A DNA stretch of 64,000 bases from Azolla caroliniana (taxonomy: Eukaryota; Plantae; Polypodiophyta). Below the pieces are notes generated by a model, which was not told where the DNA came from, ran no database searches, and was given only the letters and a program-made list of their open reading frames with translations. The stretch lies in the NCBI GenBank assembly GCA_043228905.1, contig JBHGNT010000038.1, forward strand, positions 124,001 through 188,000, in the 5' to 3' direction. A program made the translations under genes and the position numbers. The stretch's first letter is position 1; every line of letters begins with the position of its first letter. Shown one piece after another: positions 41,001-54,319 of this stretch.

Positions 41001-44000
41001 GGAGTGAGTTGAGAGGAGCCCTTGAGTAAATTAAAATGTTCATACATAGCGAGTGTGATATCGGATTTTTGTGTACAAACATGCGAATCGAAGCTAACAA
41101 CGCTAGCTATGATATGGAATTAAAAAATCAAGATTTTGAAACTCAGGTCGAGAGACATGACGAAATTACCAAATTTGAGGAGGGGGTTGAGAGGGGCCCT
41201 TGAGTAAATTAAAATGTTCATACCTAGCTCGTGTGATATCGGATTTTTGTGTTCAAACATGCGAATCGAAGCTAACAACGCTAGCTATGATATGGAATAA
41301 AAAAAACAAGATTTTGAAACTCAGGTCGAGAGACATGACGAAATTACCAAATTTGAGGAGTGAGTTGAGAGGAGCCCTTGAGTAAATTAAAATGGTCATA
41401 CCTAGCGAGTGTGATATCGGATTTTTGTGTACAAACATGCGAATCGAAGCTAACAACGCTAGCTATGATATGGAATTACAAAATCAAGATTTTGAAACTC
41501 AGGTCGAGAGACATGACGAAATTACCAAATTTGAGGAGGGAGTTGAGAGGGGCCCTTGAGTAAATTAAAATGTTCATACCTAGCGAGTGTGATATCGGAT
41601 TTTTGTGTTCAAACATGCGAATCGAAGCTAACAATGCTAGCTATGATATGGAATTAAAAAATCAAGATTTTGAAACTCAGGTCGAGAGACATGACGAAAT
41701 TTCCAAATTTCAGGAGGGAGTTGAGAAGAGCTAGTAGGTAAATTATAATGTTCATACCTGGTTCGTGTGATATCGGATTTTTGTGTTCAAACATGCGAAT
41801 CGAAGCTAATAACGCTAGCTATGATATGGAATTAAAAAATCAAGATTTTGCAACTCAAGTCGAGAGACATGAAGAAATTACCAAATTTGAGGAGTGAGGT
41901 TGGAAGAGCGCGTGAGTGAATTAAAATGTTCATACCTGGCTCGTGTGATATCGGATTTTTGTGTTCAAACATGCGAATCGAAGCTAACAACGCTAGCTAC
42001 GACATGGAATAAAAAAAAACAAGATTTTGAAACTCAGGTCAAGAGACATGACGAAATTAGCAAATTTGAGGAGTGAGTTGAGAGGAGCCCTTGAGTAAAT
42101 TAAAATGTTCATACATAGCGAGTGTGATATCGGATTTTTGTGTACAAACATGCGAATCGAAGCTAACAACGCTAGCTATGATATGGAATTAAAAAATTAA
42201 GATTTTGAAACTTACGTCGAGAGATATGACGAAATTAGCAAATTTGAGGAGTGAGTTGAGAGGAGCCCTTGAGTAAATTAAAATGGTCATACCTAGCGAG
42301 TGTGATATCGGATTTTTGTGTTCAAACATGCGAATCTAAGCTAACAACGCTAGCTATGATATGGAATTAAAAAATCAAGATTTTGAAACTCAGGTCGAGA
42401 GACATGACGAAATTACCAAATTTGAGGAGCGAGTTAAGAAGAGCTATTAGGTACATTACAATGTTCATACCTGGCTCGTGTGATATCGGTTTTTTGTGTT
42501 CAAACATGCGAATCGAAGCTAACAATGCTAGCTATGATATGGAATTAAAAAATCAAGATTTTGAAACTCAGGTCGAGAGACATGACGAAATTTCCAAATT
42601 TCAGGAGGGAGTTGAGAAGAGCTAGTAGGTAAATTATAATGTTCATACCTGGTTCGTGTGATATCGGATTTTTTTGTTCAAACATTCGAATCGAAGCTAA
42701 CAACGCTAGCTATGATATGGAATTACAAAATCAAGATTTTGAAACTCCAGTCGAGAGACATGATGAAATTACCAAATTTGAGGAGTGACGTTGGAAGAGC
42801 GCGTGAGTGAATTAAAATGTTCATACCTGGCTCGTGTGATATCGGATTTTTGTGTTCAAACATGCAAATCGAAGCTAACAACGCTAGCTATGATATGGAA
42901 TAAATAAAACAAGATTTTGAAACTCAGGTCAAGAGACATGACGAAATTAGCAAATTTGAGGAGTGAGTTGAGAGGAGCCCTTGAGTAAATTAAAATGTTC
43001 ATACCTAGCGAGTGTGATATCGGCTTTTTGTGTACAAACATGCGAATCGAAGCTAACAACGCTAGCTATGATATGGAATTAAAAAATCAAGACTTTGAAA
43101 CTCAGGTCAAGAGACATGACGAAATTACTAAATTTGAGGAGGGAGTTGAGAGGGGCCCTTGAGTAAATTAAAATGGTCATACCTAGCTCGTGTGATATCG
43201 GATTTTTGTGTTCAAACATGCGAATCGAAGCTAACAACGCTAGCTACGACATGGAATAAAAAAAAACAAGATTTTGAAACTCAGGTCAAGAGACATGACG
43301 AAATTAGCAAATTTGAGGAGTGAGTTGAGAGGAGCCCTTGAGTAAATTAAAATGTTCATACATAGCGAGTGTGATATCGGATTTTTGTGTACAAACATGC
43401 GAATCGAAGCTAACAACGCTAGCTATGATATGGAATTAAAAAATCAAGATTTTGAAACTCAGGTCGAGAGACATGACGAAATTACCAAATTTGAGGAGGG
43501 GGTTGAGAGGGGCCCTTGAGTAAATTAAAATGTTCATACCTAGCTCGTGTGATATCGGATTTTTGTGTTCAAACATGCGAATCGAAGCTAACAACGCTAG
43601 CTATGATATGGAATAAAAAAAACAAGATTTTGAAACTCAGGTCGAGAGACATGACGAAATTACCAAATTTGAGGAGTGAGTTGAGAGGAGCCCTTGAGTA
43701 AATTAAAATGGTCATACCTAGCGAGTGTGATATCGGATTTTTGTGTACAAACATGCGAATCGAAGCTAACAACGCTAGCTATGATATGGAATTACAAAAT
43801 CAAGATTTTGAAACTCAGGTCGAGAGACATGACGAAATTACCAAATTTGAGGAGGGAGTTGAGAGGGGCCCTTGAGTAAATTAAAATGTTCATACCTAGC
43901 GAGTGTGATATCGGATTTTTGTGTTCAAACATGCGAATCGAAGCTAACAATGCTAGCTATGATATGGAATTAAAAAATCAAGATTTTGAAACTCAGGTCG

Positions 44001-45930
44001 AGAGACATGACGAAATTTCCAAATTTCAGGAGGGAGTTGAGAAGAGCTAGTAGGTAAATTATAATGTTCATACCTGGTTCGTGTGATATCGGATTTTTGT
44101 GTTCAAACATGCGAATCGAAGCTAATAACGCTAGCTATGATATGGAATTAAAAAATCAAGATTTTGCAACTCAAGTCGAGAGACATGAAGAAATTACCAA
44201 ATTTGAGGAGTGAGGTTGGAAGAGCGCGTGAGTGAATTAAAATGTTCATACCTGGCTCGTGTGATATCGGATTTTTGTGTTCACACATGCGAATCGAAGC
44301 TAACAACGCTAGTTATGATATGGAATTACAAAATCAAGATTTTGAAACTCCAGTCGAGAGACATGATGAAATTACCAAATTTGAGGAGTGACGTTGGAAG
44401 AGCGCGTGAGTGAATTAAAATGTTCATACCTGGCTCGTGTGATATCGGATTTTTGTGTTCAAACATGCAAATCGAAGCTAACAACGCTAGCTATGATATG
44501 GAATAAAAAAAACAAGATTTTGAAACTCAGGTCAAGAGACATGACGAAATTAGCAAATTTGAGGAGTGAGTTGAGAGGAGCCCTTGAGTAAATTAAAATG
44601 TTCATACCTAGCGAGTGTGATATCGGCTTTTTGTGTACAAACATGCGAATCGAAGCTAACAACGCTAGCTATGATATGGAATTAAAAAATCAAGACTTTG
44701 AAACTCAGGTCAAGAGACATGACGAAATTACTAAATTTGAGGAGGGAGTTGAGAGGGGCCCTTGAGTAAATTAAAATGGTCATACCTAGCTCGTGTGATA
44801 TCGGATTTTTGTGTTCAAACATGCGAATCGAAGCTAACAACGCTAGCTACGACATGGAATAAAAAAAAACAAGATTTTGAAACTCAGGTCAAGAGACATG
44901 ACGAAATTAGCAAATTTGAGGAGTGAGTTGAGAGGAGCCCTTGAGTAAATTAAAATGTTCATACATAGCGAGTGTGATATCGGATTTTTGTGTACAAACA
45001 TGCGAATCGAAGCTAACAACGCTAGCTATGATATGGAATTAAAAAATCAAGATTTTGAAACTCAGGTCGAGAGACATGACGAAATTACCAAATTTGAGGA
45101 GGGGGTTGAGAGGGGCCCTTGAGTAAATTAAAATGTTCATACCTAGCTCGTGTGATATCGGATTTTTGTGTTCAAACATGCGAATCGAAGCTAACAACGC
45201 TAGCTATGATATGGAATAAAAAAAACAAGATTTTGAAACTCAGGTCGAGAGACATGACGAAATTACCAAATTTGAGGAGTGAGTTGAGAGGAGCCCTTGA
45301 GTAAATTAAAATGGTCATACCTAGCGAGTGTGATATCGGATTTTTGTGTACAAACATGCGAATCGAAGCTAACAACGCTAGCTATGATATGGAATTACAA
45401 AATCAAGATTTTGAAACTCAGGTCGAGAGACATGACGAAATTACCAAATTTGAGGAGGGAGTTGAGAGGGGCCCTTGAGTAAATTAAAATGTTCATACCT
45501 AGCGAGTGTGATATCGGATTTTTGTGTTCAAACATGCGAATCGAAGCTAACAATGCTAGCTATGATATGGAATTAAAAAATCAAGATTTTGAAACTCAGG
45601 TCGAGAGACATGACGAAATTTCCAAATTTCAGGAGGGAGTTGAGAAGAGCTAGTAGGTAAATTATAATGTTCATACCTGGTTCGTGTGATATCGGATTTT
45701 TGTGTTCAAACATGCGAATCGAAGCTAATAACGCTAGCTATGATATGGAATTAAAAAATCAAGATTTTGCAACTCAAGTCGAGAGACATGAAGAAATTAC
45801 CAAATTTGAGGAGTGAGGTTGGAAGAGCGCGTGAGTGAATTAAAATGTTCATACCTGGCTCGTGTGATATCGGATTTTTGTGTTCAAACATGCGAATCGA
45901 AGCTAACAACGCTAGCTACGACATGGAATA
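38080..45930 (+). repeat. Tandem 22-monomer higher-order repeat, 2 copies (3919 bp), each containing an internal 9-monomer duplication (1603 bp)
   Basis: 38464/42383, 39597/43516, 40291/44210, 41200/45119 and 41894/45813 are 3919 apart; 39597/41200, 39775/41378 and 43516/45119 are 1603 apart. The private variants ATAAATAAAAC, TTCACACATG and TAGTTATGAT occur in both copies. Confidence 0.93.
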
Positions 45931-46720
45931 AAAAAATCAATATTTTGAAACTCAGGTCGAGAGACATGACGAAATTAGCAAATTTGAGGAGTGAGTTGAG
46001 ATGAGCCCTTGAGTAAATTAAAATGTTCATACATAGCGAGTGTGATATCGGATTTTTGTGTACAAACATGCGAATCGAAGCTAACAACGCTAGCTATGAT
46101 ATGGAATTAACAAATCAAGATTTTGAAACTTACGTCGAGAGATATGACGAAATTAGCAAATTTGAGGAGTGAGTTGAGAGGAGCCCTTGAGTAAATTAAA
46201 ATGGTCATACCTAGCGAGTGTGATATCGGATTTTTGTGTACAAACATGCGAATCGAAGCTAATAACGCTAGCTATGATATGGAATTACAAAATGAAGATT
46301 TTGAAACTCAGGTCGAGAGACATGACGAAATTACCAAAATTGAGGAGGGAGTTGAGAGGGGCCCTTGAGTAAATTAAAATGTTCATACCTAGCGAGTGTG
46401 ATATCGGATTTTTGTGTTCAAACATGCGAATCGAAGCTAACAACGCTAGCTATGATATGGAATTAAAAAATCAATATTTTGAAACTCAGGTCGAGAGACA
46501 TGACGAAATTAGCAAATTTGAGGAGTGAGTTGAGATGAGCCCTTGAGTAAATTAAAATGTTCATACATAGCGAGTGTGATATCGGATTTTTGTGTACAAA
46601 CATGCGAATCGAAGCTAACAACGCTAGCTATGATATGGAATTAAAAAATCAAGATTTTGAAACTCAGGTCGAGAGACATGACGAAATTACCAAATTTGAG
46701 GAGGGGGTTGAGAGGGGCCC

Positions 46721-46859
46721 TTGAGTAAATTAAAATGTTCATGCGAATCGAAGCTAACAACGCTAGCTATGATATGGAATTAAAAAATCAAGATTTTGAA
46801 ACTTACGTCGAGAGATATGACGAAATTAGCAAATTTGAGGAGTGAGTTGAGAGGAGCCC
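46721..46859 (+). repeat. Truncated 139-bp monomer with a 39-bp internal deletion
   Basis: The sequence reads TAAAATGTTCATGCGAATCG, lacking ACCTAG...AAACAT. Marker spacing 46187 to 46860 is 673 = 4x178 - 39. Confidence 0.95.
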
Positions 46860-49800
46860 TTGAGTAAATTAAAATGGTCATACCTAGCGAGTGTGATATC
46901 GGATTTTTGTGTACAAACATGCGAATCGAAGCTAATAACGCTAGCTATGATATGGAATTACAAAATGAAGATTTTGAAACTCAGGTCGAGAGACATGACG
47001 AAATTACCAAATTTGAGGAGGGAGTTGAGAGGGGCCCTTGAGTAAATTAATATGTTCATACCTAGCTCGTGTGATATCGGATTTTTGTGTTCAAACATGC
47101 GAATCGAAGCTAACAACGCGAGCTATGATATGGAATTAAAAAATCAATATTTTGAAACTCAGGTCGAGAGACATGACGAAATTAGCAAATTTGAGGAGTG
47201 AGTTGAGATGAGCCCTTGAGTAAATTAAAATGTTCATACATAGCGAGTGTGATATCGGATTTTTGTGTACAAACATGCGAATCGAAGCTAACAACGCTAG
47301 CTATGATATGGAATTAAAAAATCAAGATTTTGAAACTCAGGTCGAGAGACATGACGAAATTACCAAATTTGAGGAGGGGGTTGAGAGGGGCCCTTGAGTA
47401 AATTAAAATGTTCATACCTAGCTCGTGTGATATCGGATTTTTGTGTTCAAACATGCGAATCGAAGCTAACAACGCTAGCTATGATATGGAATAAAAAAAA
47501 CAAGATTTTGAAACTCAGGTCGAGAGACATGACGAAATTACCAAATTTGAGGAGTGAGTTGAGAGGAGCCCTTGAGTAAATTAAAATGGTCATACCTAGC
47601 GAGTGTGATATCGGATTTTTGTGTACAAACATGCGAATCGAAGCTAACAACGCTAGCTATGATATGGAATTACAAAATGAAGATTTTGAAACTCAGGTCG
47701 AGAGACATGACGAAATTACCAAATTTGAGGAGGGAGTTGAGAGGGGCCCTTGAGTAAATTAAAATGTTCATACCTAGCGAGTGTGATATCGGATTTTTGT
47801 GTTCAAACATGCGAATCGAAGCTAACAATGCTAGCTATGATATGGAATTAAAAAATCAAGATTTTGAAACTCAGGTCGAGAGACATGACGAAATTTCCAA
47901 ATTTCAGGAGGGAGTTGAGAAGAGCTAGTAGGTAAATTATAATGTTCATACCTGGTTCGTGTGATATCGGATTTTTGTGTTCAAACATGCGAATCGAAGC
48001 TAAAAACGCTAGCTATGATATGGAATTAAAAAATCAAGATTTTGCAACTCAAGTCGAGAGACATGAAGAAATTACCAAATTTGAGGAGTGAGGTTGGAAG
48101 AGCGCGTGAGTGAATTAAAATGTTCATACCTGGCTCGTGTGATATCGGATTTTTGTGTTCAAACATGCGAATCGAAGCTAACAACGCTAGCTACGACATG
48201 GAATAAAAAAATCAATATTTTGAAACTCAGGTCGAGAGACATGACGAAATTAGCAAATTTGAGGAGTGAGTTGAGATGAGCCCTTGAGTAAATTAAAATG
48301 TTCATACATAGCGAGTGTGATATCGGATTTTTGTGTACAAACATGCGAATCGAAGCTAACAACGCTAGCTATGATATGGAATTAAAAAATCAAGATTTTG
48401 AAACTTACATCGAGAGATATGACGAAATTAGCAAATTTGAGGAGTGAGTTGAGAGGAGCCCTTGAGTAAATTAAAATGGTCATACCTAGCGAGTGTGATA
48501 TCGGATTTTTGTGTACAAACATGCGAATCGAAGCTAATAACGCTAGCTATGATATGGAATTACAAAATGAAGATTTTGAAACTCAGGTCGAGAGACATGA
48601 CGAAATTAGCAAATTTGAGGAGGGAGTTGAGAGGGGCCCTTGAGTAAATTAAAATGTTCATACCTAGCTCGTGTGATATCGGATTTTTGTGTTCAAACAT
48701 GCGAATCGAAGCTAACAATGCTAGCTATGATATGGAATTAAAAAATCAAGATTTTGAAACTCAGGTCGAGAGACATGACGAAATTTCCAAATTTCAGGAG
48801 GGAGTTGAGAAGAGCTAGTAGGTAAATTATAATGTTCATACCTGGTTCGTGTGATATTGGATTTTTGTGTTCAAACATGCGAATCGAAGCTAAAAACGCT
48901 AGCTATGATATGGAATTAAAAAATCAAGATTTTGCAACTCAAGTCGAGAGACATGAAGAAATTACCAAATTTGAGGAGTAAGGTTGGAAGAGCGCGTGAG
49001 TGAATTAAAATGTTCATACTTGGCTCGTGTGATATCGGATTTTTGTGTTCAAACATGCGAATCGAAGCTAACAACGCTAGCTATCATATGGAATAAAAAA
49101 AACAAGATTTTTAAACTCAGGTCAAGAGACATGACGAAATTAGCAAATTTGAGGAGTGAGTTGAGAGGAGCCCTTGAGTAAATTAAAATGTTCATACCTA
49201 GCGAGTGTGATATCGGCTTTTTGTGTACAAACATGCGAATCGAAGCTAACAACGCTAGCTATGATATGGAATTAAAAAATCAAGACTTTGAAACTTACGT
49301 CGAGAGATATGACGAAATTAGCAAATTTGAGGAGTGAGTTGAGAGGGGCCCTTGAGTAAATTACAATGGTCATACCTAGCTCGTGTGATATCGGATTTTT
49401 GTGTACAAACATGCGAATCGAAGCTAACAACGCTAGCTATGATATGGAATTACAAAATGAAGATTTTGAAACTCAGGTCGAGAGACATGACGAAATTACC
49501 AAATTTGAGGAGGGAGTTGAGAGGGGCCCTTGAGTAAATTAAAATGTTCATACCTAGCGAGTGTGATATCGGATTTTTGTGTTCAAACATGCGAATAGAA
49601 GCTAACAATGCTAGCTATGATATGGAATTAAAAAATCAAGATTTTGAAACTCAGGTCGAGAGACATGACGAAATTTCCAAATTTCAGGAGGGAGTTGAGA
49701 AGAGCTAGTAGGTAAATTATAATGTTCATACCTGGTTCGTGTGATATCGGATTTTTGTGTTCAAACATGCGAATCGAAGCTAAAAACGCTAGCTATGATA

Positions 49801-52800
49801 TGGAATTAAAAAATCAAGATTTTGCAACTCAAGTCGAGAGACATGAAGAAATTACCAAATTTGAGGAGTGAGGTTGGAAGAGCGCGTGAGTGAATTAAAA
49901 TGTTCATACCTGGCTCGTGTGATATCGGATTTTTGTGTTCAAACATGCGAATCGAAGCTAACAACGCTAGCTATCATATGGAATAAAAAAAACAAGATTT
50001 TGAAACTCAGGTCAAGAGACATGACGAAATTAGCAAATTTGAGGAGTGAGTTGAGAGGAGCCCTTGAGTAAATTAAAATGTTCATACATAGCGAGTGTGA
50101 TATCGGATTTTTGTGTACAAACATGCGAATCGAAGCTAACAACGCGAGCTATGATATGGAATTAAAAAATTAAGATTTTGAAACTTACGTCGAGAGATAT
50201 GACGAAATTAGCAAATTTGAGGAGTGAGTTGAGAGGAGCCCTTGAGTAAATTAAAATGGTCATACCTAGCGAGTGTGATATCGGATTTTTGTGTTCAAAC
50301 ATGCGAATCTAAGCTAACAACGCTAGCTATGATATGGAATTAAAAAATCAAGATTTTGAAACTCAGGTCGAGAGACATGACGAAATTACCAAATTTGAGG
50401 AGCGAGTTAAGAAGAGCTATTAGGTACATTACAATGTTCATACCTGGCTCGTGTGATATCGGTTTTTTGTGTTCAAACATGCGAATCGAAGCTAACAATG
50501 CTAGCTATGATATGGAATTAAAAAATCAAGATTTTGAAACTCAGGTCGAGAGACATGACGAAATTTCCAAATTTCAGGAGGGAGTTGAGAAGAGCTAGTA
50601 GGTAAATTATAATGTTCATACCTGGTTCGTGTGATATCGGATTTTTTTGTTCAAACATTCGAATCGAAGCTAACAACGCTAGCTATGATATGGAATTACA
50701 AAATCAAGATTTTGAAACTCCAGTCGAGAGACATGATGAAATTACCAAATTTGAGGAGTGACGTTGGAAGAGCGCGTGAGTGAATTAAAATGTTCATACC
50801 TGGCTCGTGTGATATCGGATTTTTGTGTTCAAACATGCAAATCGAAGCTAACAACGCTAGCTATGATATGGAATAAAAAAAACAAGATTTTGAAACTCAG
50901 GTCAAGAGACATGACGAAATTAGCAAATTTGAGGAGTGAGTTGAGAGGAGCCCTTGAGTAAATTAAAATGTTCATACCTAGCGAGTGTGATATCGGCTTT
51001 TTGTGTACAAACATGCGAATCGAAGCTAACAACGCTAGCTATGATATGGAATTAAAAAATCAAGACTTTGAAACTCAGGTCAAGAGACATGACGAAATTA
51101 CTAAATTTGAGGAGGGAGTTGAGAGGGGCCCTTGAGTAAATTAAAATGGTCATACCTAGCTCGTGTGATATCGGATTTTTGTGTACAAACATGCGAATCG
51201 AAGCTAACAACGCTAGCTATGATATGGAATTAAAAAATCACGATTTTGAAACTTACGTCGAGAGATATGACGAAATTAGCAAATTTGAGGAGTGAGTTGA
51301 GAGGAGCCCTTGAGTAAATTAAAATGGTCATACCTAGCGAGTGTGATATCGGATTTTTGTGTACAAACATGCGAATCGAAGCTAATAACGCTAGCTATGA
51401 TATGGAATTACAAAATGAAGATTTTGAAACTCAGGTCGAGAGACATGACGAAATTACCAAATTTGAGGAGGGAGTTGAGAGGGGCCCTTGAGTAAATTAA
51501 TATGTTCATACCTAGCTCGTGTGATATCGGATTTTTGTGTTCAAACATGCGAATCGAAGCTAACAACGCGAGCTATGATATGGAATTAAAAAATCAATAT
51601 TTTGAAACTCAGGTCGAGAGACATGACGAAATTAGCAAATTTGAGGAGTGAGTTGAGATGAGCCCTTGAGTAAATTAAAATGTTCATACATAGCGAGTGT
51701 GATATCGGATTTTTGTGTACAAACATGCGAATCGAAGCTAACAACGCTAGCTATGATATGGAATTAAAAAATCAAGATTTTGAAACTCAGGTCGAGAGAC
51801 ATGACGAAATTACCAAATTTGAGGAGGGGGTTGAGAGGGGCCCTTGAGTAAATTAAAATGTTCATACCTAGCTCGTGTGATATCGGATTTTTGTGTTCAA
51901 ACATGCGAATCGAAGCTAACAACGCTAGCTATGATATGGAATAAAAAAAACAAGATTTTGAAACTCAGGTCGAGAGACATGACGAAATTACCAAATTTGA
52001 GGAGTGAGTTGAGAGGAGCCCTTGAGTAAATTAAAATGGTCATACCTAGCGAGTGTGATATCGGATTTTTGTGTACAAACATGCGAATCGAAGCTAACAA
52101 CGCTAGCTATGATATGGAATTACAAAATCAAGATTTTGAAACTCAGGTCGAGAGACATGACGAAATTACCAAATTTGAGGAGGGAGTTGAGAGGGGCCCT
52201 TGAGTAAATTAAAATGTTCATACCTAGCGAGTGTGATATCGGATTTTTGTGTTCAAACATGCGAATCGAAGCTAACAATGCTAGCTATGATATGGAATTA
52301 AAAAATCAAGATTTTGAAACTCAGGTCGAGAGACATGACGAAATTTCCAAATTTCAGGAGGGAGTTGAGAAGAGCTAGTAGGTAAATTATAATGTTCATA
52401 CCTGGTTCGTGTGATATCGGATTTTTGTGTTCAAACATGCGAATCGAAGCTAAAAACGCTAGCTATGATATGGAATTAAAAAATCAAGATTTTGCAACTC
52501 AAGTCGAGAGACATGAAGAAATTACCAAATTTGAGGAGTGAGGTTGGAAGAGCGCGTGAGTGAATTAAAATGTTCATACCTGGCTCGTGTGATATCGGAT
52601 TTTTGTGTTCAAACATGCGAATCGAAGCTAACAACGCTAGCTACGACATGGAATAAAAAAATCAATATTTTGAAACTCAGGTCGAGAGACATGACGAAAT
52701 TAGCAAATTTGAGGAGTGAGTTGAGATGAGCCCTTGAGTAAATTAAAATGTTCATACATAGCGAGTGTGATATCGGATTTTTGTGTACAAACATGCGAAT

Positions 52801-54319
52801 CGAAGCTAACAACGCTAGCTATGATATGGAATTAAAAAATCAAGATTTTGAAACTTACGTCGAGAGATATGAAGAAATTAGCAAATTTGAGGAGTGAGTT
52901 GAGAGGAGCCCTTGAGTAAATTAAAATGGTCATACCTAGCGAGTGTGATATCGGATTTTTGTGTACAAACATGCGAATCGAAGCTAATAATGCTAGCTAT
53001 GATATGGAATTACAAAATGAAGATTTTGAAACTCAGGTCGAGAGACATGACGAAATTAGCAAATTTGAGGAGGGAGTTGAGAGGGGCCCTTGAGTAAATT
53101 AAAATGTTCATACCTAGCTCGTGTGATATCGGATTTTTGTGTTCAAACATGCGAATCGAAGCTAACAATGCTAGCTATGATATGGAATTAAAAAATCAAG
53201 ATTTTGAAACTCAGGTCGAGAGACATGACGAAATTTCCAAATTTCAGGAGGGAGTTGAGAAGAGCTAGTAGGTAAATTATAATGTTCATACCTGGTTCGT
53301 GTGATATCGGATTTTTGTGTTCAAACATGCGAATCGAAGCTAAAAACGCTAGCTATGATATGGAATTAAAAAATCAAGATTTTGCAACTCAAGTCGAGAG
53401 ACATGAAGAAATTACCAAATTTGAGGAGTAAGGTTGGAAGAGCGCGTGAGTGAATTAAAATGTTCATACTTGGCTCGTGTGATATCGGATTTTTGTGTTC
53501 AAACATGCGAATCGAAGCTAACAACGCTAGCTATCATATGGAATAAAAAAAACAAGATTTTTAAACTCAGGTCAAGAGACATGACGAAATTAGCAAATTT
53601 GAGGAGTGAGTTGAGAGGAGCCCTTGAGTAAATTAAAATGTTCATACCTAGCGAGTGTGATATCGGCTTTTTGTGTACAAACATGCGAATCGAAGCTAAC
53701 AACGCTAGCTATGATATGGAATTAAAAAATCAAGACTTTGAAACTTACGTCGAGAGATATGACGAAATTAGCAAATTTGAGGAGTGAGTTGAGAGGGGCC
53801 CTTGAGTAAATTACAATGGTCATACGTAGCTCGTGTGATATCGGATTTTTGTGTACAAACATGCGAATCGAAGCTAACAACGCTAGCTATGATATGGAAT
53901 TACAAAATGAAGATTTTGAAACTCAGGTCGAGAGACATGACGAAATTACCAAATTTGAGGAGGGAGTTGAGAGGGGCCCTTGAGTAAATTAAAATGTTCA
54001 TACCTAGCGAGTGTGATATCGGATTTTTGTGTTCAAACATGCGAATCGAAGCTAACAATGCTAGCTATGATATGGAATTAAAAAATCAAGATTTTGAAAC
54101 TCAGGTCGAGAGACATGACGAAATTTCCAAATTTCAGGAGGGAGTTGAGAAGAGCTAGTAGGTAAATTATAATGTTCATACCTGGTTCGTGTGATATCGG
54201 ATTTTTGTGTTCAAACATGCGAATCGAAGCTAAAAACGCTAGCTATGATATGGAATTAAAAAATCAAGATTTTGCAACTCAAGTCGAGAGACATGAAGAA
54301 ATTACCAAATTTGAGGAGT
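46790..54319 (+). repeat. Block duplication with 25-monomer period (4450 bp); copies ~46790-49869 and ~51240-54319
   Basis: 46860/51310, 47394/51844, 48088/52538, 48462/52912, 48984/53434 and 49352/53802 are all 4450 apart. The variant AACGCGAGCT occurs at ~47120 and ~51570. Confidence 0.9.
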
